Shown: one piece after another, positions 50,013 through 61,533 of the stretch
How positions within the stretch are numbered: position 1 is the first letter of the stretch
How the letters are laid out: every line of letters begins with the position of its first letter
Origin: Trichosphaerium sp. ATCC 40318
Taxonomy: Eukaryota; Protista; Tubulinea
Direction of reading: 5' to 3'
Length of the DNA stretch: 64,000 nt
Assembly (NCBI GenBank): GCA_038496445.1
Contig: JALMLS010000479.1
Coordinates: 62,001 to 126,000, forward strand
Program-made: the position numbers and the translations under genes
Notes under the pieces: model-generated
Told to the model about the DNA's origin: nothing
Databases searched by the model: none
The model's input: only the letters and a program-made list of their open reading frames with translations

Positions 50013-51485
50013 TTGTTGACTGAAAAAAGAAATTTCTGTTTCACTTGCTGAAACTTATTCTTTCACAGATGATGCGCTTGCTCTATAAAATATTCTCAAG
50101 GTACAAATATGTGCATTGCATAACGTGACAGAGCTATAGTTTGCCCTGATTTGCTCACACACTTTTTCAGATTTTCGAACAAAAAAAAATTTATTTCTCC
50201 GTATAATTTTTTGAAAACATGCTCATTTTCGTCATCTGGCGAGTTGCAGCAACTTTCGTAACTTCGAAACAGGACCGTAAATGAAACTTACGATTATACC
50301 ACGGCTCTTGATAAAACGTGATTCGCTATGGACCGTCACAGATTGATCTACTAAACTTGTACGTTTAAACTGTTTACAACGTTGTTGTATCTTCATTCTT
50401 AGCCGACTTAGGTCTACTGTAGACTCTATAGTGGGTCTATACTCCATTCCTGTGGCTAGCAAAAGTCACGTGGAATTATATTTTTAAGTTTACGGGTGTT
50501 TGTTCAAGATGTGAAAAAAGCAAAGTCGGTAAAGATCTATGCTTTTTTTACATTTTAGAACTTGTTTGAAACGGCGGATATTAAGAATGACCGAGTTCAC
50601 AACACAGGTTTTAGTGTATTGCGAAAATACAATATTTTTAGCCAAATTTCCTTTTGTAGATTCCAATACCTCAAATAGTGCGTCTGTTGGTTTTATCACG
50701 TGATAAAAGGCAAACTGCGGTAATTCGATATTCAAAACAATTAACTATGTCGCCATTAACGTCACCAATTGTTCATACTACTAACCCTGTTAGGCACTGT
50801 TGAAGAGTAAAATATCGAGCGGCTTTCGTGAAACAACCTCCAAAATAGTAAGTATTAGTAATGTGTAAACTAGCAGCGTTGTGGAAGTTTATTACATTTT
50901 TTCCTCACACCTGCTTTCGCTTCTTTGGCTACTAATGATTTATTCCATAAAAGTCAAAACAACGCAGTATGCCATGAATATCGAATTAATTGGGCGAACC
51001 GGAGTATTCTAAGCCACAAGCAAAGTGTAATTTTCGAAATAAACAGCTTACACATTTTGTTATCAACTTATACTAAACTATTCAATGGTAACAAACTAAG
51101 ATAAATGGTATCGCCCAAGTAGTGTTTCTTTTTGATGGAATAAATCAAAACCGCTGTAATAGTAATAGATAATCTCTCGCACGCGAAAAAGCTCCAATTT
51201 TCCGCGTTCAATTTTTGTTGAAACACATTTTACGTTGCAGTATGCAGGTCTATGAGCGTACCCTCTGTATCAATTGCACAAGTCAATTACAAGTTATTTC
51301 ACTACCACGTGTACACGTTGCCCCTGAGACTCATGTCAGCTGCTGCCTGTCTCTAGCCGGTTTTCAGACTCGCTCATTTATACTCAAGCCTAATTGATGG
51401 TGACGCTTCGGCTCAGGGTAGATTAATCGTGAGTAATTAAGTGTCATTTTCTACAGTCCTGCTGTAAAACTTTAACAATTACATC

Positions 51486-52339
51486 ATGAGCTTCTCTGGC
51501 TTTAAATTAGAACGAGCACTCGCGTAATACAGTAAGAACCACACAGATATATTCAACACAAGTACGAAATAACAAGATGACATTCTTAAAAGACCTCGAA
51601 AGTGTAGTGAAGCAAGCTAATACAAGCCTCGTAAATCATCTCGACCAACTTCTTTTGGAAGCCATCCAATGAACATAAATTAGAGTACATTCAAAATTAC
51701 ACGTGTGTTGTGGTTTCGTTTCTCTAATGCACAACAAGTACGCAACAAACGCATGGTAATGAGCTTAATATAATGAACTTGATTTTCCTCCAGAGATTAT
51801 TTCAAGTATATTTATCGTACTGGGGCTCGTGATAGATTCTCTATTGCTCAATCATGTCATGTGATGGCTGATATTATACATGATATTGTTGGATATAAAA
51901 AAGTTCATCACCATTCTGTACTACACATTTTAAAGATCAGGCAATACAAAGGTGTCATGAACAACACATCAATTCAAATACACGAAAGATAATAAGTACT
52001 CAAAGGTGTTCATACCATCAACCTTGGTGGTACACCAGTTACAGATAAAGGCATAAAAGCGCTCAAAAGTGTTCATACAATTTACCTTCCTAGAAAATCA
52101 GTAACAGATAAAGTATTAAAGTACTCAAAGGTGTCCATACCATTGACTTGTATGGCACATTAGTTACAGATAGAGGTATTAAAACACTTAAAGGTGTTCA
52201 TGCAATTGACCTTTATGGCACATCAGTTTCAGACGAGGGCATCAAAGCACTAAAAGGCGTTCACACTATTGGTGTCAAGAGTTGCTCAAATGTGACAAAT
52301 GAGTATATTAGAATCTCCCATGTAACTATAAAGCAATAA
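51486..52339 (+). pseudogene. Decayed F-box/LRR paralog (same subfamily as 43935-45289)
   Basis: MSFSGFKLERALA*YSKNH..., DFPPEIISSI, AQSCHVMADIIHDIVGY and several GVHTI.L LRRs, with stops and frameshifts. Confidence 0.85.
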
Positions 52340-52580
52340 CTCATGTAAATTGAGGTTAACTTTTAGATAAAGCACGTAACAGCATGTTGGCTTCCGTCAC
52401 AGCTGAAGCTAACTGGCGCTAGAATATTGTTTGATTTGTTGATAGTCTAGTGAGCCAAGTGCTAGTTGGACATTGAATTTCAGTGCATTGCCTATGTACA
52501 CTTGAGATACAATAATAACACGAATGTTGGGTATCACGTGATGTATCTTTGTTGAAGAAGAGTTCAGTTTTATTGAAGAC

Positions 52581-54272
52581 GTTTTGCAAAAAGGGTTTGC
52601 CTGGCAAATTCAAAAATGAGAATATCTCATTATCTCGGTGTATACAACGAATTACAATGAGCTTTGCAGGTGTTTCGATAGAACAAGTGTTGACGTATTA
52701 TCGCAATCATCATTTAGAAGCGTTTAGTAAACTTACTGCGAATAAGCAGTCAACACTCACAAAACAGGTTGAAACAGTACTAAACGCATCAAATACAAGC
52801 CTGGTACAACAATTGGATCAGATTTTGTTTAAACATGCAGATAATGACGTAAACACAATCAAACAAAACACAAGGCATCCTACAACGCTTAATTCACCAA
52901 AACACAAACAAATACAAAAGTACGTCTTCCAAAACGTTTTGTTATTTATCGTTTCCTCATGTCGTTTTGTTATTTACCAAAAAAAACTTAGAACAAATAA
53001 TCACGTGATTGACAAAGAACCAAATATTCTTGATCTTCCTCCAGAGATTATTTCAAGTATCATTGAGTATGTAAAAGATAGGTTCAAGGTTGCTCAAACA
53101 TGTCAGTTGATGGCAGATATCATTCATGATATTGTTGGATATGACCGTATCTTTTTAAACAATGTTCAAGATATCTTGAAGATAAGAGAGTACAAGGGAA
53201 TTATGGATAATACTTTGGTTGGTTTGTATGGTATGACACAGAATACGTTGTATTCAATGCTATTTGGATGCCGCAAGATCATCACACATCATGGGGCTGT
53301 GAGTACAATCAATGATAGTGATCTTAAAGCACTTTCAGGAGTCCATACAATAAGTATGCTTTACTGCAACATGTTTCAGATGAAGGTATAAAAGCGTTGA
53401 AAGGTGTACACGAAGTTCGTATTGCTGGTTGTCCTAAAGTGACAGATGAGGGCATTAAAGCATTAAAGGGTGCATATAAAATTGATGTTACGGACACTCA
53501 AGTCACAGATGAAGGTTTAAAAGCACTCAAAGGTGTTCATACAATTAATCTTCGCTTTTGTCATAATGTGACAGATCAAGGTATAAAATATTTAAAGGGT
53601 GTACATACTATAGCACTGTGTAAAACTGGAGTTACAGATGAAGGCCTACAAGCTCTGAAAGATGTACATGAAATCGTCCTGTGTAGTTGTGAAGGTTTTA
53701 CAGCTGAAGGTATCAAAGCAATCAAAAACGTACATACTATCCACCTCGCGGATACTGCAGTCACAGATGAAGGTTTAAAAGCGCTCAAAGGTGTTCATAC
53801 AATTAATCTTTCCTTTTGTCATAATGTGACAGATCAAGGTATAAAATATTTAAAGGGTGTACATAATATAGCACTGCGTAACAATGGAGTTACAGATGAA
53901 GGCCTAAAAGCTCTGAAAGATGTACATGAAATCAACCTTAGTCATTGTGAAGGTTTTACAGCTGAAGGTATCAAAGCACTCAAAAACGTACATACTATCG
54001 ACCTCGCAGATACTGCAGTTACAGATGAAGGCATAAAAGCTCTCAAAAACGTCCATACCATCAATCTCATGAACTGTAAACACATTACAGATGACGGTAT
54101 TAAAGCATTAAAAGGTGTTCATACCATTAACCTCAATAACACTTCAGTTACAGATGAAGGAGTCAAAGCACTCAAAGGTGTATTTGAGATTACTCTTTAT
54201 GCATGTAAGAATGTGACAATGTGACAGACGGAAGGCATCAAAGTACTTGAACATGTTAATGTTTACAACTGA
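52581..54272. repeat. Arm of an inverted duplication (partner 43935-45365) bracketing about 7.2 kb
   Basis: Near-identity in reverse complement, including about 75 bp upstream of the ATG and the intron. Confidence 0.9.
52657..54272 (+). pseudogene. F-box/LRR paralog with frameshifts (inverted near-copy of 43935-45289, with 4 extra LRRs)
   Basis: 1-bp loss at about 53368 (tgcaacatg vs tgcaaacatg) and an 8-bp duplication aatgtgac at 54210-54225. The first lesion could be a homopolymer sequencing error. Confidence 0.75.
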
Positions 54273-55603
54273 ACTTGAACTGACATCGTTCACTACAATG
54301 TCCATGGAAGCTCAATTAAGCATTGTAATTAAACTATGTTCTTTTTCCATTTGGATAAACTAATTATTTGATGGTTTTGTATTTAGGGTGTCTATTTGTC
54401 ATGCATGCATGAACAACAGAAGGTTGATCGATGTTGACTACTCCATCTACCATTTACAAACATGTAGAACTAAACACTTAAGTCAAATATAAACCACAAC
54501 TTTGAATGAGGAGCACAAAAACATGCATAGAAACAAAAACAAATCACAACTTGAGTACAACTACTGAAACTCTTGTAGTCATACAACGTTTAATGAAGAT
54601 TTTAGACTTTTCTATTTGATGCAAGTTCTTTGCAACAGAACGTGATTGTACAGCATCATTGTCATCCAGGTAATTTCTAAGGTGCAAGGACGTTAAAGTG
54701 GTTAGCAGTACTTTAAAACAAATACTACACGACAGTTTGTGTACGCAAAAAGCAGTACATGCTACAACCTTTCGTTGAATAGGTAAATGAAAACTGTCAT
54801 GCCTACAACTTATCTTTGCAGCTTTGTCACACACGTTGTGGTGTTTTAGTAAGAGCTACTTGTACATACTTACATTTCACAGCTTTAAAGACATCAATCA
54901 ATTTTGGAAGAAACTCAACCACGTGACCAAGTTTGTTTTTACTTACTGTCCTCCATTGCATTGAGTTAGGTTGTTATTTTTTTTACAATCGAAAAATGCA
55001 ACTGATGCTGGATATCTTAGTTCTCATCACTAACTTCAAGATACAAGTAGCAACTTCTTTTCGAACAATTTAATAATCAAACAACTGTAGTGACTGGTAG
55101 GACAATGATCTCAGGTGCTGACCCTGGCCACCAAGTAAGTATATTTTATGTTTTGAAAGAGCCCCTTGGTAGCGCCAAAGCGAGATTTTGGTATTGTTAC
55201 TGCAATTTTAGGCGTACACTCTACGCTGCACAGAACAAATCACAGCTTGTCAAACGCGTTTACCTTCGCTTCAATTGCGGCCATACAAACAAGTAATAAC
55301 GACTTTAAAAGAACGCGTTGCATTCATATTTAGTTATCGAAGTGTTACCAAGCGTTTGTACATTAAACTTGCACTAAAGTAACAAATATAGGTGTTCTGA
55401 GTGTAAAGTTGAGACGGTGGAACAACACATACTCGTTAATTAAGAAAAACGCGCCTATTGTAACCTTGAATATTCCCAAGTTTGCGCAAACAAAGTCGTG
55501 GCATATAAAAGCACGTGACCAAACAATTGAAATTTAAGCGTAGATTTGAGGTGAAAAGAAATTGCAAGGCAAAAACACTTGGCTTCATTTGTAACATTTT
55601 AAA

Positions 55604-57057
55604 ATGGTGTTTGGCATAGTTTTGGGCGTATTGGCTTGCGTTGGCGTAGCAGCTATCTTTGCATTCGCTTACCCTTGGTTGGCGGTAGCTATGAAAAAAG
55701 GATCCGGTGTTGGAAAATACTCTCGCAGTGATGCTTGGGCAGGTACTGAGCGAATTATATAACTTGAGAACATGAGCAAGAAATTTTTTTTTGTTTTCCC
55801 ATTTATCGTTTACCCACATATTATAGTCATCACCGGTGGCTCTGATGGTATTGGAAAAGAGTTTGCTTTCCAACTCGCCGCCAAAGGGTTTAACATCCTT
55901 TTGGTTAGTAGAACCATGAGTAAATTGCAAGCAGTTCAAGAGGAAGTCAGTACGTACCGCACAAAACGCGTTTCGAACGAAATTTTGGAAGTAGGCTGTA
56001 AAAACGCGTATTAACAACGCCATATAGTTTCTCGCTCAGGCGACGTCAGTTGCGAAGTGGTACAAATCGACCTCTCGTCTGCCGACAAATCTGACTACGA
56101 CCGCGTATCACGCGCCATGTCAGGCAAGGATATCGCTATCTTGAGTACGTAGAACGCTATTACCGCCTTTTACGAGTCGTTACTTACCAAAAAAACAGTT
56201 AACAACGCTGGATTGTCTTACAAATACCCTTGCACGATTGAAGAGTTGGATGAGAACCTAATGGATAACATTCTAAAGGTTAACGTACTAGCCCTCACAA
56301 AAATGTGCCGTATTGCTATGCCTCACATTCGCAGCCCTGGTTTGATCCTAAACATCAGTTCTGTACGCACTCGTTCATATTTTTTTGTTCTTCAAACGAA
56401 GATGCTTGTTTCTCTTCTTTATCGTTTCTGACAGCGTCGTTAGGGCAGTGGAATCTCTCCAGTACCTCTATTGAGTATGTTGCATCACCATAGAGTATTA
56501 GAGAAGTCTTGTTAACTTTTTTTTAAACAGATGTCTACGCTGCCTCCAAAACATACGTAAACTACTTCTCTCTTGCACTCAATGCTGAGTACGTCTAATT
56601 CAACGCCGTTAAAATACTCACTACGAAACACAGGTACAAACACAAAGGAATTAGAGTTGAATCTTTGACACCTATGTTTATCGTACGTAACAAATACTTT
56701 CCTCACACCAAGCTATTGATACTAACATTCATTCTTCTTGCAGGCCACAAAACTGTCTGGTATGAAGCCTAGACCACCAAAGGTACCTTCACCAGAAACC
56801 TTCGTAAAGAGTGCTTTGAGCAAGATTGGTGCTGCTCTTGTACACGCCGGCTACGACAACCACGACTCACAACTGTATCCTCCCTGAATTTTTTTTTCTT
56901 TGATTTCTTTGCACTAATTTTCTGAAATGTCACGCATTTTTCTTTGACACAAAAAAGTATCTTGGCAAACCACTCATTCATCCCTACCAGCGTAAAAGTA
57001 TCTCAGGGCCACAAGATCTCCAAAAAGATAAGAAAACGCTACGACCAAAAAAAATAG
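55604..57057 (+). CDS. Very-long-chain 3-oxoacyl-CoA reductase / 17-beta-HSD12-like SDR
   Basis: N-terminal TM; WA|[30 protein letters not shown]; L|VNNAG; ILNISS; YAASK catalytic motif. Confidence 0.88.
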
Positions 57058-57212
57058 AGTTAAATAAAAACAAAACAACTTTGTTTGCTCCCCCCACTAC
57101 AAACAATCGTTCACCTCGCATTAAACCAAACGTCAATGTACCAAGCAATTTTTGCTTTCTCTTTTTTTTTTTTATTTCTTGACCGCAATGGAGGTCAAGC
57201 AAAAGTACAATT

Positions 57213-57941
57213 CTAAGCCCCGTGTATCTTGATCTTGTCCTTTTTGCAAATGCCGTTTGAAGTGAAGAATTCAACGAGTTTGTCACGTTGATCACCAGTG
57301 AGCTGGATGACAGGTCCGACGCCAGTATCTTGCTTCACACAACCGTTGCAGGAGAACTTCTACAGACAAAGAGTGAGTATGTGATCGTCGTGTAAGAGGA
57401 GAAAAGAAACAACGCAATATGTGGTGAATTATCAGCGCTTCGCCCCCACAATGCGGTGTGCACTTCTATGGATGAAGGGAAGCGTAGTGTGAGGGTAACA
57501 CGCGTGTAGATTAAACAAATAACAAGCAGAAAATTGTTTTTAGACAAAGGGGATAGTGAGTCAATGCAATTTTTAGTCTAACGCCGATATAGAAAGTATT
57601 TTTTAGAAGGATCTACAGTACTACCTGCAAATCGCGTTCGAAGGCGTACAAAGGTGCCCCAGGGTACAAATCATGGTAAAGTGGTTTGTGTAGGCTTTTT
57701 TAAAAGCAAAAAGGAAAAGTAGAACGCGCAAAGCGAAGATACGTACTTTCTTCACAGCTTTAACTACTCTTTCAAGGTTAAGCTTCGCAGGGAGTCCTTC
57801 TACAGTAGTGACAGCTTTTCGCGTGGTTCTCTGCTTGATTCTTATGTGTACATAGCCTTCTTTCGAGGTGCTATTACCAAACTCTTCAGCGTCTGCAAAG
57901 GGATCTTTCTTATCGAGGTTTAGGATGTTACCTCCGCTCAT
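57213..57941 (-). CDS. SUI1: Translation initiation factor eIF1 (SUI1)
   Basis: DPFADA...YVHIRIKQRTTRKAVTTVEGL...KK|KFSCNG...VIQLTGDQRD...IKIHGA*; one intron at 57360-57746. Confidence 0.93.
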
Positions 57942-58296
57942 ACACTCCTGGATGTCTATGTGTTTTATTTTTTGATTAGCTGTTTTTGGTCCCGACCGAA
58001 AAATCAGCCTTCGTTGACCGAATTTGTTAAAAAGTTTTCTTCCATCTACGCGTACGCTACAAGTGGAGTTCAAAACGATAAAGGGTTCAACCGAAACGGG
58101 TTTTTTAATCAGTTTCTCATCGGTGAATAGGAAGCCTGCTCAATCTAACCTTGTTTTCGCCGTTATTACCATTTACTGTACGTTTTAAAGTGTCCAATTT
58201 TCTTTGCCTTTTCAAACAACCCAATTAACGAAATTGGTTGCTTTTTGTGTTGCTTGCGTTGTGTGTAGCATACTAATAGCCTGTAGAGTCGTTTGT

Positions 58297-60471
58297 ATGT
58301 CGGTTGAAATGACAGACGTCCCTGAAACTCAGCCTGAATACACAAAGGAAAGCCCAAGCAGATCTGAAGAGCCTATAGGCACTATAGCAGATTTTAATCC
58401 CGAGAGCGCCACCTCAGACTACAAAGAGCCTTCTTCTAACGGTGGCACTTCTCCAAAAGAGGAGCCAGGTGATGCAATGAACGTAGACGAGAAACAAGAA
58501 CAGGAAGCTCAACAAAATGAAACAGACGACAATGACGTGAGTCGTACACCGATTCGACATACAGAAGAAGAAGGAGAAAGAGTTCGCGACGATGGCAGGC
58601 GTGAAAGGCCGCCAAGTAGAGAACGATCAGATAGAGACTCACGCGACACGCGCAGTGCCAGCAGGGACAATGCATCATCTGATAGATACCGCGATGGTGA
58701 AAGAGGAGATCGCGACAACAGAAGCAGAGGAACTACAGATCGTAGAGACTCGGATAGAGATAGACCTAATTTCCGCGATGATCGACGAACTCAGGAACCT
58801 AGTGTTGCTGGCAAAGAAGAAATAGTATCTCTGTATATTGGTAACCTACTATTTGAGACTACAGAGCAAGACTTGAGGGTCCTCTTTAGCAAGCATGGAA
58901 AGGTTTACAGTGTCAAGTTTATTTATCATCCTACTACTGGTAGACCACGTGGTTTTGCTTTTGTAGAGATTGCTGCTAAAGACGCTGATAATGCATTAAA
59001 GAATGTCCATGGACTTAACTTTCAAGGCCGTATCTTAAAAGTAAACAGAGCAAAGTTTAACGGTACAGAAGCTGGTGAAGCAACGATTGCTTCACTTAAT
59101 AGAGAGCCACGAAGGAATTCTTATGCTGGTGGAGAGTATGGTCAACGATCTAGTCACCCTTATGGGGCAAGAAACTATAGCGGAGGAAGGCCTAGGATAG
59201 AGCGTGATAGAGACCGAGAAAGAGAAAAGGAATATCAAAGACGACCTCGAGAACGCTCAGCTGTTAGTAGTAGAGATGACCGGTATAGAGACCACCCTGC
59301 TGATTATAGAGCTCCTCCTTCAAGGTATTCAGATAGATCTAGACCTGGAGAGTACCCTCGCGATCGCCGTTCGGGTGCTACGCCTCCAGAACGAAGGCCA
59401 AGTACGTTTCATTTTTTTTTTTTGAGAATTTTTTTTTATTCGTTGTTTGGTATCACAGGAAGCTCATTTAGTTGTTATAGGTGATTACCGTGAACGTAGT
59501 TACGATAGACAACCTCAACCTAGATATCCTAGCGAGCGTTACCCAGAGTCAAGGTCTGAGCGGTATCCACCTTCCAGTGCTGATAGAGGCTACGCACCTC
59601 AACCGCCCTCAGACTACCGAGGATACGATAGACCTGCGCCTTCTCGCGGTTACTACGAAAGTAGCCGTAGTAGCAAACCTGTAAGTCACTCAAGCAGCTA
59701 TGGGCATGAAGGTTACTATGATAGGGAAAGGTACAAATCTATCAAAAACAAGTTCTATTCAAACAGATTAATGGAGAAAAGCTAAGACTAACCATCTGTT
59801 TGTAGTAGCGGTTATCCTCCTCATTCTACATCACATTCGCATGGAAGCAGTAGCTATAGACCATCAGAGTCTCGTGAACGTGGATATGATGGTGGACGTT
59901 CATATGATCGTAGAGCAAGCAGTTCATCGTCTTCTTATGATAGGCCTCGTGGTTATACCAGTTCTGCTGCACCTCAAAGTCATGGACAGTATAGCACGTC
60001 GTCAAGTTATGGGCATAGTGATTATCAAAGCAGAAGAAGTGGTGATTATGGTAGAGTATCAGGAACCAATGAATCAAGTGGTTATTCTCGTGGTTATGAT
60101 GATCATCGTGATGGCCGTCCTGCTTCTGCTTCATCTTCGTATAGTAGACCTACATACGGTAGTAGGTCAGGGGAATATAGACGTGATGTACCACATGATA
60201 GGAGAGACGTAGAAAGTGGTGGTAAGCAATATTCGAGTAATAAAAATCGTTTTTTTTTGGTTCCTGATTGTGGTCTAACAATGTATGTATAGGCTACAGT
60301 GATCCTGGTCGTGGTGTTAGGACGTCTTCTTATTCAAGTGGGAGACAAGGAAGCAGTTATTCTTCTTCACGGTCTAGTGACCGTGGAGGTGATCGTGGTG
60401 ATCGTGGAGGTGATCGTGGCGATCGTTACAGCAATCAACGTCCTCCTTCTTATTCTCGCGGCGGCTATTGA
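58297..60471 (+). CDS. RRM-domain RNA-binding protein with RD/RE, RS and SY/G low-complexity regions (SR-like)
   Basis: RNP2 LYIGNL and RNP1 RGFAFVEI; three introns; divergently oriented from eIF1. Confidence 0.85.
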
Positions 60472-61533
60472 TCACAATTTGTTTTTTTTTTCGTTCGTGC
60501 CTCTCTCGTCATCGACAAATATACTCCCTTGGTTATTGATCCACACGCGCCCTCTCTTTCTTTTTGGTTTAACCAATCTCATCCATTCATTACTCTCTCC
60601 CCGCTAGCTCCACCAGCCTTTCGCGTCAATTGATATTTTTGTTTAAATCACAGCGTATATTCGATTGCCTTTACTCGTAGCTCTTGTTGGCATTTTGTAT
60701 TTTATCCGAGGAGGGGTGTCTCTTCGCGTATTGTGTGTATTTCTCTCGCCTTTTGGAGGGGATTTGCTTTGATTGCTTGTTGCCTTATTGTAATTTGTCT
60801 CTTTCTATTGTTTTTGGTTTGAAACGCATACAAAGGAAGGTATTATTGCAAAGAGAAAGGATCATTGCATCTACACAAAAGGTGGTTTGGAGGGCACAAG
60901 CTTTTTTTACGTGAATTTTTTTCTGAAACGAATTCGGCTTTTTTTCGCCCAACTAGCTCTTTTGGTATCGTATGTTTTGTTCAAGGCTTTGCTTATATTG
61001 GTTGCTGGTTTATCCAAATGCAGTATTACTTGTTGTGCTGGCAATGATGGTGAGTACAAGTTAAGAAAAAGTTGATTTTATCTGTTTTTTTGTGAGTACT
61101 AGTAGCACGAGTTTAATTCTATGAAGGGACGTCGTGTTGAGAAATTCAATGTTGATATGCCGTCTACTCATAGAAAGTGTTTACGCTCAATTGCTAGTAC
61201 CAGTACTCAATGGGTTACATCACTTGAAGAAGCATGGCGGAGTCGGTTGGTGAAATGACAGGATTTTAAGCTCTGAAATTCTCGAGGAGTGTAACTAGCG
61301 CCTGCCATGTTGACGTGATAACGCGTATTTGTTTACTGTATTGTGAGTCACAAAATAATTATTGAAAGCACATAACTTACAAATTAAAGTGTTCATCCTA
61401 TGGTTTAGCAACAAAGAATGATAGCATAGAGTGGTTTTTCTTCTGTTATTCTAAACTAAAGAGTTGAGAAATATAAGCCATCTTCAGAAAATATCGGAGT
61501 TGTTGACCACTTTTTGACAGTCAAATAAACACT

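Noticed and set aside
55436-56023. 195-aa minus-strand ORF
   Set aside because: Antisense to the well-supported SDR gene, with no domain features.
59826-60607. His-rich and Val/Met-rich ORFs
   Set aside because: Off-frame or antisense readings of the low-complexity SR-like exons.
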